A DNA stretch of 63,228 nucleotides from Octopus bimaculoides (Eukaryota), in contig NC_068992.1 in assembly GCF_001194135.2 (NCBI RefSeq), forward strand, positions 68,192,039 to 68,255,266, read 5' to 3'. The notes under the pieces were generated by a model. That model was not told where the DNA came from. It searched no databases and was given only the letters and a program-made list of their open reading frames with translations. Of the stretch, positions 51,711 to 63,228 are shown piece by piece. Both the position numbers and the translations under genes were made by a program. Positions within the stretch are counted from its first letter, which is position 1, and each line of letters opens with the position of its first letter.

Positions 51711-51848
51711 ACATAGTCGATATATACATATATATATATTACATTAGTGTGTATATATATATATATATGTGTGTGTGTGTATACACATATACACAGTAAT
51801 ATATATGTATGTATATATATATGTATATATANNNNNNNNNNATATATA

Positions 51849-52106
51849 GGATGAAGTATATTTGCCACTTAAATGTGGCTGACCCCTAAGTGTGGATGTT
51901 ACTGTTGCTTTTAGCCCCAGGAGAACATCTCCTCCAGCTGACTATCGATACACATTTGTGTCCTGTCTGTATTTATACAGACAGGACACAGGACACAGAT
52001 GTGTGTCGATAGCCAGCTGGAGGAGATGTTCTCCTGGGGCTAAAAGCAACAGTAACATCCACCCTTAGGGGTCAGCCACATTTTTAAGTGGCAAATATAC
52101 TTCACC
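51849..52106. mobile_element. 258-bp fold-back (MITE-like) palindrome
   Basis: Arms of about 125 bp around a 4-nt ttta spacer. They differ by four substitutions and three small indels, including a 7-bp gtgtcct duplication. Confidence 0.85.
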
Positions 52107-53876
52107 TTGTCGTGCAGTTACTGTTAATACTTCGTTCAGAGATTTAACATTGCATATATATATATATATATAAAACATGAAACGTGCATTTATATTAACA
52201 CATCACTAATTGGAAAGATGAATAGTAAAGTATTCACAGACATATAGACAGGAAATCCATGCGGTTTGTTAGTCATATACATTATATTTTTTTCATCTAC
52301 TGAATATCAAGTTCTACTGCAGCAGACTCTTTAATATTTGTCAAACGTTGACCTTAAAAATATCTTTTTACAAAACATACTTGTTTATGACTACAGGATC
52401 TTTTATTGCCTGAAACGATCTATATCTATCGTTTCACATTATCTCTGAAAACTGTCAACAGCTTTCGGTGAATATGGATCTATAATTAGAAAGAGTTATC
52501 TTATTTTTCTCGAAAGCACAACTTCTTGTTTACGCTTTTCGGGTTTTTTTTTTTTTTTTTTGCTTTTTACGTTCCAAAGATATTGTTTAATTTCCAAAGA
52601 ATATTGGTGAACAGCTGTAAGACGCATAAACATAACATAGAAGAGAGAAATCAAATTCTATTTGTATGTACATTCCCAGAATTTAACGAATTACCATATT
52701 GAAAGTGGGGCACAAGATTTGATATATCAATATTGACTTTTCAATAATATACGTTTTCACATTACGTCTATTCCAACAAAGATTGTATAAAACAATCTAC
52801 AATCTCGGAAGATAATAGTTTTCATATCTTTGATGGATGCTTCTCTTCGAATTTATATATATTAGAGGCTATACTATTAATTATAAATATATATTCCCGA
52901 TATGGATTCTATAGCATTTTACTTTTGTTGAAACTTGTTTGGTATGTGTGTAAATAAATTTATTTAAAAACAATTACAAGTTTTTCAAATTAAGGTGCAT
53001 TTTAAACAACTAATTTTCTTACAGTTTTTTTCCCTGCGTGGAAATAAACTCCCTCTTTTGTTATATATATAAAACGAATATGAGGGGTTCAGTTCCACGG
53101 TGATCTAAACGAATAGGTACGCTGAGTAAGTACCATAATTGGTCAGCCGTTAGGCTCCAAGTTCACAGCTGAGGCTAGAGCTAGGGATCCGTATTTAGCT
53201 TCTGTGATATCAGAAGTAAAGGACAAAATCTAAAGCTGGACGAGTAGCTTAATACATAATAATTTGATAAAGGTAAATTGAATTTGAAGTTTTACAGCTC
53301 TTTCAGAGATATCCCAAATTATAGGCTAGCATGTACGTAGACCGGGTATTCCGTACTCGTGAGGAATTGAGGTGCAGAGGTTTATTACTTCGACTGAAAC
53401 CAGAAGGGAGACCGTGCTGGTTTTGTCTGGGAGACGGTTTTAAAAGTCCAGATCAGCCCTTATAGAATTTGGTATATGTTGGAGAATAGGTTTCAGGAAG
53501 ACGTCAGTGAAGCTACTGAATTTATAAGGAATAAAATAGAAAAATAAAGAGTAAAACTAGATAGAAGAACATTACCTAACAAAATACGGAAGACATTCAA
53601 CTATCGTTACAAGAATATTTAAACTTTAGAATCAATGACATAAGTATATGCGAATTGTATAGGTAATTACATTATCGACAGTATAGATAATTAATAACAG
53701 TTGATTGGAGTGCGCAATTATTGGGACTCAAACACATTAACGTGTTGTTCTGCGAAAATTCTCGTTGTACTCTGTTTCCATGACATCTTGAGCACAGAGA
53801 GGCTTCGATATCAATAATGTCAGAGCTTCTCATCAAGAACACGGCGCACGTCGATGTGCGCACGTATGTGTGTATT

Positions 53877-53949
<73 letters not shown>

Positions 53950-54691
53950 TCAACGAAGATTTTGGCGAAAAATCTGTCCTGATTCTATATATATAATACT
54001 TACACGCATTAATCATCTATGAGACTGATATCAGAGTAAATTCTTCAATATTCTGTAACCGTGTTGGCACTTTATCCATTATAAACACTAAATATAAAAT
54101 GCCCAGAATCTGAGAAGACAATCATCATTTTTTGCTTGAGATGTAATACAACTGAGGTGTACACTATGCTGCAATTTTCTTTTCGTCTCTGTTTATTTCG
54201 TCACGTTACCATCGCTATATTACTTACTTGGAATCACAGTAATATTATTTGCTCCATCCCTATCAGTTTTCTTCTTTTCTTCACTTATCTTCTTTTTGTT
54301 CTTTCATTTACAATAAAACTGACACCATCATATCATTCAATAAACCGTATATGTAATTTTTTATATATATCTTGCTTTTTATATTTCTTTGTATATCTCA
54401 CACATTATATTGAATTTACTTCTCCTCCAGCTTCTTTGATCAATACAAACGTTTTGATCACAGTTCTTATATCTTAGATTCAATATTTATTTTAGTCTCA
54501 AGTGAAATGACGCCTAATATCTGGCTTGTGTATATTACCAGAGAGAAAACGCTATTTACAAAATGTGTCTCAGAAATGTATTTAGTTTTCATGTAATATT
54601 CGTGTATTTGTTCGGAATTGCATTAACTGTTTTGTTCTGCAGAGATATGTGAGATAAGAAAGATATTTATTCGATAGACTATATATATGTT

Positions 54692-54742
<51 letters not shown>

Positions 54743-56880
54743 NNNNNNNNNNGCGCCTGTGTGTGTGCCTGTGTGTGTGTGTGCCTGTGTGTGGCTGTGT
54801 GTGTATACGTATATGTATGCCTATATATGTATGCGTATATATATGTATATATTGCGTATATATGTGTATGTATATATATATATATATATATGTATACATA
54901 TGTGTATGTAGGTATATATGTATCTATATGTATATACGTATATGTATGTATACTTATATATATATATATANNNNNNNNNNNNNNNNNNNNNNNNNNNNNN
55001 NNNNNNNNNNNNNNNNNNNNNNNNNNNNNNNNNNNNNNNNNNNNNNNNNNNNNNNNNNNNNNNNNNNNNNNNNNNNNNNNNNNNNNNNNNNTGTGTGTGT
55101 GTGTGTGTCTATATATATATGTATGTACATGTATATATGTGTGTGTCTATATATATATATATGTATGTACATGTATATATGTGTGTGTATGTATAAATAC
55201 ATACATACGTACACAACCACACATACACACACACATAAATATATATATATTAGTTCAAATTTACAGGAAAGAAAAATACGAAGACAGACGTAAGAACAAG
55301 CAGGTGTATTCGTTTAAGGTTCGGGAAAAATGGAAATGTCTGTTACGCGTCCAGCCTACGCTCTACGTCAGAAAGGATTAAAAAGAAAAATATGGAGAGA
55401 GAATGAAAAAAAAAACGGAGTGAAAAAAAACTGTGTAGAGGTCAACGGTTCAACATAACGTAATGATTCGAAAAAAAGAGGTTGAAGGAATGAGGGATAG
55501 TAATAAGAACGGTAATATTGAACCCAACCAACTAAGGTGCGCAAGCATGTATGTGTATGTGAGAAGGGTCTGTGTGATTGTGTATGCCTGCATGGGTACA
55601 AGTGAGTCTAACGTGTGTGAGTGTGGTGTGTTGTGTGTACCAGTTGATGTGTGCACATGTTTATTTGTCTGTCTGTTGCGTGTGTATATATTGTGTCTAC
55701 AGGTATTATGTGCTTGTGCGGGAGTGTGCATGATGGGATGTGGGTTTGTGAATAATGATGTGCGGTGTGGGTGCTGAGAGGTGGTCGGTGCTAGTTTGTG
55801 TGGAATGGGAAGGTGTTGTAGGTGTATGTGTAATCGTATGAGAAGTGAGTAATGATCTCTGCTATGTGTATGGGTGTATATGTAGTGGTGCGTGTGTCGT
55901 AAGGGTCTGTTGAATGTAGGTGTGAGGGTTGATGTCAAATGAAGAGAGGAAGTGCGTTGAACCCATGTGGTGCAAAGGGACGAAGAGAGAGTATATATAT
56001 ATATATATATATATNNNNNNNNNNNNNNNNNNNNNNNNNNNNNNNNNNNNNNNNNNNNNNNNNNNNNNNNNNNNNNNNNNNNNNNNNNNNNNNNNNNNNN
56101 NNNNNNNNNNNNNNNNNNNNNNNNNNNNNNNNNNNNNNNNNNNNNNNNNNNNNNNNNNNNNNNNNNNNNNNNNNNNNNNNNNNNNNNNNNNNNNNNNNNN
56201 NNNNNNNNNNNNNNNNNNNNNNNNNNNNNNNNNNNNNNNNNNNNNNNNNNNNNNNNNNNNNNNNNNNNNNNNNNNNNNNNNNNNNNNNNNNNNNNNNNNN
56301 NNNNNNNNNNNNNNNNNNNNNNNNNNNNNNNNNNNNNNNNNNNNNNNNNNNNNNNNNNNNNNNNNNNNNNNNNNNNNNNNNNNNNNNNNNNNNNNNNNNN
56401 NNNNNNNNNNNNNNNNNNNNNNNNNNNNNNNNNNNNNNNNNNNNNNNNNNNNNNNNNNNNNNNNNNNNNNNNNNNNNNNNNNNNNNNNNNNNNNNNNNNN
56501 NNNNNNNNNNNNNNNNNNNNNNNNNNNNNNNNNNNNNNNNNNNNNNNNNNNNNNNNNNNNNNNNNNNNNNNNNNNNNNNNNNNNNNNNNNNNNNNNNNNN
56601 NNNNNNNNNNNNNNNNNNNNNNNNNNNNNNNNNNNNNNNNNNNNNNNNNNNNNNNNNNNNNNNNNNNNNNNNNNNNNNNNNNNNNNNNNNNNNNNNNNNN
56701 NNNNNNNNNNNNNNNNNNNNNNNNNNNNNNNNNNNNNNNNNNNNNNNNNNNNNNNNNNNNATATATATATATATATATACATATATATATTCATATATAT
56801 ATATACACATATATATATATTCATATATATATATATACACATATATATATTCATATATATATATATACACATATATATTC

Positions 56881-56966
<86 letters not shown>

Positions 56967-59954
56967 CTGTATATATATATGTGTGTGTGTGTTAGAGAGA
57001 GAGAAAATCAGACAGCGAAATTTTCCTAAATAGTTAATTAGCACAAATATAAATTTATTTTAAGTGTCACTATTCAATCTTGTATCGCTTGTCTACTACA
57101 TTCTCAAGAAATCCTTTCGATTAAAGTGTTAACAATCATCCATTATGTTGTGTAAAATGTATTCACATGACAATCCAATTTACAGTGTCTTTCATATTTC
57201 CCAGTTGATATTCTGAGTCAGTTTTTAAATTGAATAAATACCAGTGCCACATCGTATTTCACGTGCCCAAAATATTTCGTTTTGCAGTTTACATGGATTA
57301 AAATATTCTTTTACTCAGACATTCATAGGTTTGGCAGAAAATCTGAGAGAAATTAAGACTTATCTCAGTTTTCATCCGTTGACAATATTTAAGATGTGTT
57401 TCAGTAATTAGTGACTTTAGACACAATAGTTTACGTATTTATAAAAACGTTAATCTTTGAGTTTGATGAATGTTGCTATTGAGGAATATTAATAAGTTAG
57501 TGATGAATGTGTTTGCTTTTATTTTTATTTTTACAGACGAGTTTAGGTTTTGCTTTTTAATAACACTTGAAAGGAGAAAGCTTTTATTTTAACTTACAAA
57601 TCACGTTTCCACCTACGATGTCTCACATTCTGAATATTAATAGAATATGTTATGTACTGTGGTTAATATAATAACTAATTATGATTCTTTCAGCATCCAT
57701 TTGATTATATTATCCTCTGTTATGTAGTAACAGAATTCAAATTTATTTGGATGCATTTAGATAAAATGGATATCATATTAAAATATAAAAGTTATAAAAT
57801 AAAATGCAACACTTAATGAAAATATTTTCACAGAAATCTCATGAAAAATCGAATGGAATAAAAATATTTCGGGGAAAAGCTGTCAAGTATAAAATATGAA
57901 ATATAGAAATAAATACCTTATCAAATTTGCAAAGCTATTGAAACGGCTTAATTAAGTTCTGGAACAAACAATGAATTCTAATACGGAGTCCAAATTTATT
58001 TTGAAACCTGATAGGAACGTACAAGTATTAAATTTTGTGATCCCTCTTGAAAAATCGGTGGTAGATAAGAATTGTTGAGAATAATGATGCTGCAGCTATA
58101 TATTAAAACGTTCTCCTCACATGCGCATATATCTGTCGGTGAAGAGTTCCTAGATAATCAAACCATGGTGTGTTAGTAAAGATAAGCTCTTCCCACAAAG
58201 ACGTGCTTCTCATGGCAAATGTTTTAAAAAGCCTTAGTCGTTCAAGCCCAAACACCGGTCTTCTCGTGCGACTTAACCTGTTCAGCCTAGCGGTAATGCA
58301 TGTACTGAGGCATAAAGGGGTACACGTGGATGCTAACGCCTCCATATCAGATTTTGGAATAAATGGAACTTGTGAGTTAGAGAAGGTTTTCCATCTAAAA
58401 GAAACAATCTCTCAGTTCAGTCCTATGCAACTTTGATAATACCCATCATTGAGGAAGTTTTGGGAAGTAACTCTTAAAAGCAAAACTCAAAGACAACCCG
58501 AGAGTATTATCAACGTTGGCTGGGCAACAGATACCAAGCTCTTTTGATAGTTGTCTTTTCCTTCAACAACATTAATTGCCTAGAGGGGAGAGTTCTAATG
58601 TATATAGAACATCTGACCTCTCATACTAAACCCATTCAGGCCTGCGCCTTACAGAGGACATTCCAGCATTGCCTTTCAACGATGGCAGAATATGGAAAGT
58701 AACAGTCATCCTATTGTAAATCTGATACCAGCTGTATCTTTCGATGGATGGAGCATGAGGCTATGGTGCCTCAGTAGGCACTTATATCTCAGGTCAATTT
58801 GGGTAGACTCATGTCACAGTCCACCTGCCCCAATAGATGTTAGGTGTTTAGGGATCCCATGCATGGAGCCTGAATTGCAAATAGTAAATACTGCAGGGGC
58901 ACAGGAAAATGACAGAATCAACATTTAGGTTCAGTACTGAATAATTTAGACAAAGATATCTCGACTGTTAAATAACCTCCTAATGGTCACTGGAAGAAGA
59001 AAAATGCCGTAAAAGACTATGAAAAGGAAATAATATTTTTATAAGCTACCTATTCCAAACACGAAGGAGAGATCCTTGCACTTACTCTCTGTAGAATTCT
59101 AATTTAAATCTTGTGCGCAGATGTGTATGTGTGAGTGTATGTGTGTGTGTGGCATTCAAACGTTACGAAGTCGTTAAATGAAAACAAAAGGAATAATTTG
59201 TAGGTACAACTCAGAAACCAATCTATATTCGGATGTTGTGAATGGAGAGACTAACTCCTTGCGTTTAGCACGCTATTTCATATTTTCATTACAAGCAAAC
59301 AAATTTATAACAGTGAATATATGTTATCCACTGTGGAAATTCATTAGTATAATGTGAGATATTTCATCTTCAAATACTGATTTCAAACTTGAAGATAAAA
59401 TATTTCACCAATTAAAGCAACAGCTTCACATTCGTTTAGCCGATACTTCGTCACTTTCAATATTACTGCGTGAGTGATATTTACATACATAACGAATACA
59501 CTTTACACACGCGCACACCACACGCACATGCACACACACATATGTAAACAATTGTCGTGTGGAAGATGTTTGTAAGCCATTTAAGAACACACAAATGCCG
59601 TTAGTTTCACTCAACATCTAAATTTAATTTATGGCAAAGTATTTTCGTCGCTTTGAAACCGCGACCTGTTCACTGACAAAACTTCGTGCTGCATCTAAGA
59701 AAGTAACAGTTTATGATATTTATGTGTTTATGTATGTATATATTATGTATGTATGAAGGTATGCATGCACAATTGTACATGCGTATGCATGCATATACGC
59801 ATGTATGTATATATGTACGTATGTGTGTATTTATGTATGTAGGTATGTAGATGTGTCTGCATGCGTGTATATGTATATGTATATGTAAACGTATGCTTAT
59901 GTACTGTTCTGTCTGTTCAAGTTGTATATATAACCCATATTCTATCGAAGGATG

Positions 59955-60068
<114 letters not shown>

Positions 60069-60856
60069 TGTGTTTGTATTCCTTTTACCACCGTCTAACG
60101 GTGGATACAATGTCTTAGATACATAGATGCACAAATAAACCTACCTATACATATGTACAAGCATACACAATCATATACACTCACATAAATATACATATAA
60201 TCTTACAGTATACACATATATACATTTATATCCACCTACACAAATGTCTCTATTTTCACAGACAACTGTTAAATTCAAATACTTTTCTTTTTCCCCATAT
60301 TTTGTATTTTATATAGACATATACATATGTGCATATGTGTGTGTGCGCGCGCACTACCCGCACACACCTTCACAATATTTTTTGAGTTGTCTGGCTACAA
60401 ACGCGTTTCGATTTGAAAATCAAACTTGCTTACACATGAACAGGAAATACTTTATATAATTAATCGTATTATTAGCAATTAGCAGCAGAAATTTTGTTAA
60501 AAATACGTTATTGACTTATCTCCACTTCGTTCAAAACGTTTCGGTACTTATTGTATCAAATCAATATTTTCCTTGCAAATATATTTATCCCGATATTGAA
60601 AGGAATCTCGGTGATAGGTACGATGTATTTATTAAGTGCGCATGTCAATAGATCTGTTTCCTTGAACTATGTGTTTTCTGTGGAAAATCTCATTAATCTT
60701 TAACGCTTATTTACTGCTTTTACTTTGATTAATCACTCTACTCGCTCACCTTAAATATCCCTTTTGGAACTAATAATAGAGAGACGCTTGTAGATTCAGC
60801 CTGTCATTTATGGCTGTCATTCACATAGTATAATTATTCCTCTACTTGGTTACGCA

Positions 60857-60896
<40 letters not shown>

Positions 60897-61335
60897 NNNN
60901 NNNNNNAGATCCAGTGATGCCCCGTATAGAAGATACTGAGTAGTGCTCAAAAGATTCAAACATTCCGATGTCTTTACAGGGGATCGATTCCACAAGGTAA
61001 AGAATGGCCATGGGAGGGTTCGAAGTCGAGCAGGTATAAAGCTAATAATGCGGATAAAGTAATTGGACATATCAAATATATTAAAGATCAAATACAAAAG
61101 AAGAATCGAGAAGAAGCAAAATGTAGAAACTTTCAGTTAATGATTTTGTGTATAAATATGTAGATACTTATATAAATAGCTCCACCTTAAGTAGAGTACA
61201 AAGGACAGACAAAGTTAAAGGGTTTGGAAGAAAGGGGTTATAAGTCCAAGAGCTGTTTCTAGGGGCTCGGCAATTTTGCTTTCTTCATTCTTGGTGACTC
61301 ATTCTGGGATTTGATCACTGCAGGCCGTCATTTCC

Positions 61336-61339
61336 ATTA

Positions 61340-61421
<82 letters not shown>
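61336..61421. repeat. Compound (ATT)n(ATG)n microsatellite
   Basis: Read directly from the sequence. Confidence 0.95.
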
Positions 61422-61422
<1 letters not shown>

Positions 61423-61424
61423 AT

Positions 61425-61635
61425 GGCAGTGAGTTGGCAAAATCGTTAGCGAGCCGGGTAAAATGCTTATCGATATTTCATCTGTCTTAATGTTCTGAGT
61501 TCAAATTCCATCGAGGTCGACTTTGCTTTTCATTCTTTCCGATTTCATAAATTAAGTACTAATGAAACACTGGGGCAATCTAAATCACTAGACCCCTCAC
61601 CCAAAATTTCAGGCCTTGTGCCTATAGTAGAAGAC
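61425..61635 (+). mobile_element. tRNA-derived SINE, same family as 28862 and 47043
   Basis: ggcagtgagttggcaaaatcgttagcgagccgggtaaaatgctt...gttctgagttcaaattcc...cccaaaatttcaggccttgtgcctatagtagaa. Confidence 0.8.
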
Positions 61636-61652
61636 ATAATAAAAATAATAAT

Positions 61653-62037
61653 AATTATTATTATTATTATTTAAGACGTCGCGCAGTATCCAATATCATG
61701 ATGCTGATGATTGAAGATATTGTCTACCGGGTGTTTGTACTGTCTGTCAAGTCACAAAAATGACCTCAGACACACAGTACTTTACGCAATATGATTTTTG
61801 TAATACACCTTGTATATTTCTAAAGTTTCCAGATGTTTTTTTCCGGTTCGCGGGTATTGAACCCAATGTTCCAATGACAACAAGGTCAACTCTTATGTTT
61901 GACTCACGTAGTTCCCACATCTTGGCGATCTCAATTCTCAAGTCTCCATATTTATCAACCGTTTCTCTTTGTTTCATGATAATATGTTGATCTCTCGGCA
62001 CTGCTACGTCAAGTATTAGGCACTTTTGTTTGTCCAT
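61653..62037 (-). mobile_element. R4/Dong-clade non-LTR retrotransposon 3' end (RLE domain) with a (TAA)n tail
   Basis: MDKQKCLILDVAVPRDQHIIMKQRETVDKYGDLRIEIAKMWEL...VVIGTLGSIP matches the RLE PD..D...K..KY motif. Ends in aataataataataat. Confidence 0.8.
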
Positions 62038-62190
62038 CCTAAAAGTTAGGATGTGCGCAGTGCCTAGTAGTGTTATTGTTTATGTTGTATTTGTTAGTCC
62101 TGGTGTTTTTGTTATGTATTTGCTTGGATATTTTTTACCACACCAAATGCGCCCACTATGATGCTATTTGAAATGACATGAATTAACTTC
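62038..62190 (-). mobile_element. Second R4/Dong-like extreme C-terminal fragment, different subfamily
   Basis: Frameshifted IIVGAFGVVKKY..KYITKTPGLTN...ITLLGTAHIL. Confidence 0.65.
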
Positions 62191-63183
62191 GAGTTTGCTC
62201 TCCCCCAAAATATGTCTCCTTTGCTTTTTTCAAAACCTATTTTGATTTATGATGTACAAGAATTCAAAATATAGACTTGAATAACCTGTAAATGTATGTC
62301 CTTCTAGTTTATCGAGAAATATCAGTGACGAAATGCTTGAGCATTACTGCCATAAAAGAATTTTTCAAAAGGTATCAATATCTGAATTTCTATCCAATGA
62401 TACTTAATTTTTCCTTTTCTTTGCTCCTTTTTTCTGGGGTTTTTTTTCTTTTTTTGGTATTTTAAGTCGGAAACAAAGTTAATGCAACATCCGTTTGCGG
62501 ATTTCCCTGTATCAATACCAAATAACTAAATACCGAGACAAAATGATAGCGAAGACGACCCGATGTGATGTGTTATCTTCTCGAAACTGTCAAGAACCCT
62601 GTGAAAAAATGTTAACCTTATCGTCATAAGAAAAGGATAAATGCTAAATAAAATAGACCAAGTAGTATGAAATACTGGAGAAAAGCTAATGGGGTGATTG
62701 CGACCGGAATGCCTTTTATTCTCGATTTGAGAAACAACACCAGCAATAATTATAAGTCTGGCAATAGTGAACCCCAGCACTTAGGTATTAGACAACAATG
62801 ACACCCAAGAGATTAGACATTATCGTGAACATTTGAATAGAGAAGAAATATGACATCATCAATCTAACATCATTTCAGATTGTGAAGCGATAAGTCATAC
62901 CAAGCAAACTAGTTCTTGCTTATACAGACATCGCCACTTTTGTACATAAGAGAAACACAACTATTATCACCTCTATTTATATTGGGGGATGACGTATTTG
63001 TATTTCGAGAAATGAGATGAGATAAATCAGGAATCGAAAGTGAGTAGCATTTTTCAGCCTTATTAGGAGACTTGAATTCGTGCATTGAGTTATAATGTAA
63101 AAATCTCTCTTTACATTTTCATAATTTGCATATTTTGTGAAAGCAGATTAAAACAGTTAGTCACGTCAGCGAATACTCATTTA

Positions 63184-63186
<3 letters not shown>

Positions 63187-63228
<42 letters not shown>
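63187..63228. repeat. (CT)n microsatellite at the window end
   Basis: Read directly from the sequence. Confidence 0.95.

Noticed and set aside
53100-53500. EGRPCWFCLGDG as a LINE ORF1 zinc knuckle
   Set aside because: The CCHC motif is incomplete and I found no supporting flanking homology.
54220-54300. Donor-like CAA|GTAAGT on the minus strand as a transporter exon
   Set aside because: The upstream translation (KKKTDRDGANNITVIP) has no CAT similarity and the phase does not fit the 42480 acceptor.
58103-58345. Minus ORF containing CLST as the CAT N-terminus (LRRCLSTLDL)
   Set aside because: No following GxG TM1 motif, AGP or CYAEF; a coincidental match.
60390-60430. GAAACGCGUU on the minus strand as a palindromic hammerhead stem III
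   Set aside because: No CUGANGA and no stem I partner nearby.
62526-62780. Hydrophobic minus-strand ORF as a transporter exon
   Set aside because: No CAT motifs and no convincing splice sites.

Overview
AT-rich, microsatellite-dense animal genomic DNA from a draft assembly, with 13 N-gaps mostly flanked by simple repeats. The SINE families look like those of Octopus or a related coleoid cephalopod; this is my recognition, not a database match. One host gene is supportable: a minus-strand cationic amino acid transporter (SLC7 CAT subfamily, SLC7A1-4/SLC7A14-like). I reconstructed its last four coding exons with GT-AG sites and matching phases: 42480-42366, 38947-38810, 31609-30352 and 19755-19628, giving 545 aa plus stop. 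The N-terminal exon(s) were not found in the window. The rest is decayed mobile DNA: tRNA-derived SINEs, RTE, Tx1/L1, CR1 and R4/Dong LINE fragments, two mariners, a DD37D-type Tc1/mariner, a Helitron-like piece and fold-back palindromes. No clearly new multi-gene system is evident. The best leads are a near-canonical minimal type I hammerhead ribozyme at 11729-11768 (minus strand), a half-hammerhead at 29850-29890, a pre-miRNA-sized hairpin at 15504-15563, long intronic dsRNA-forming inverted repeats (possible ADAR substrates), and unusual TM8 and cytoplasmic-loop features of the transporter.
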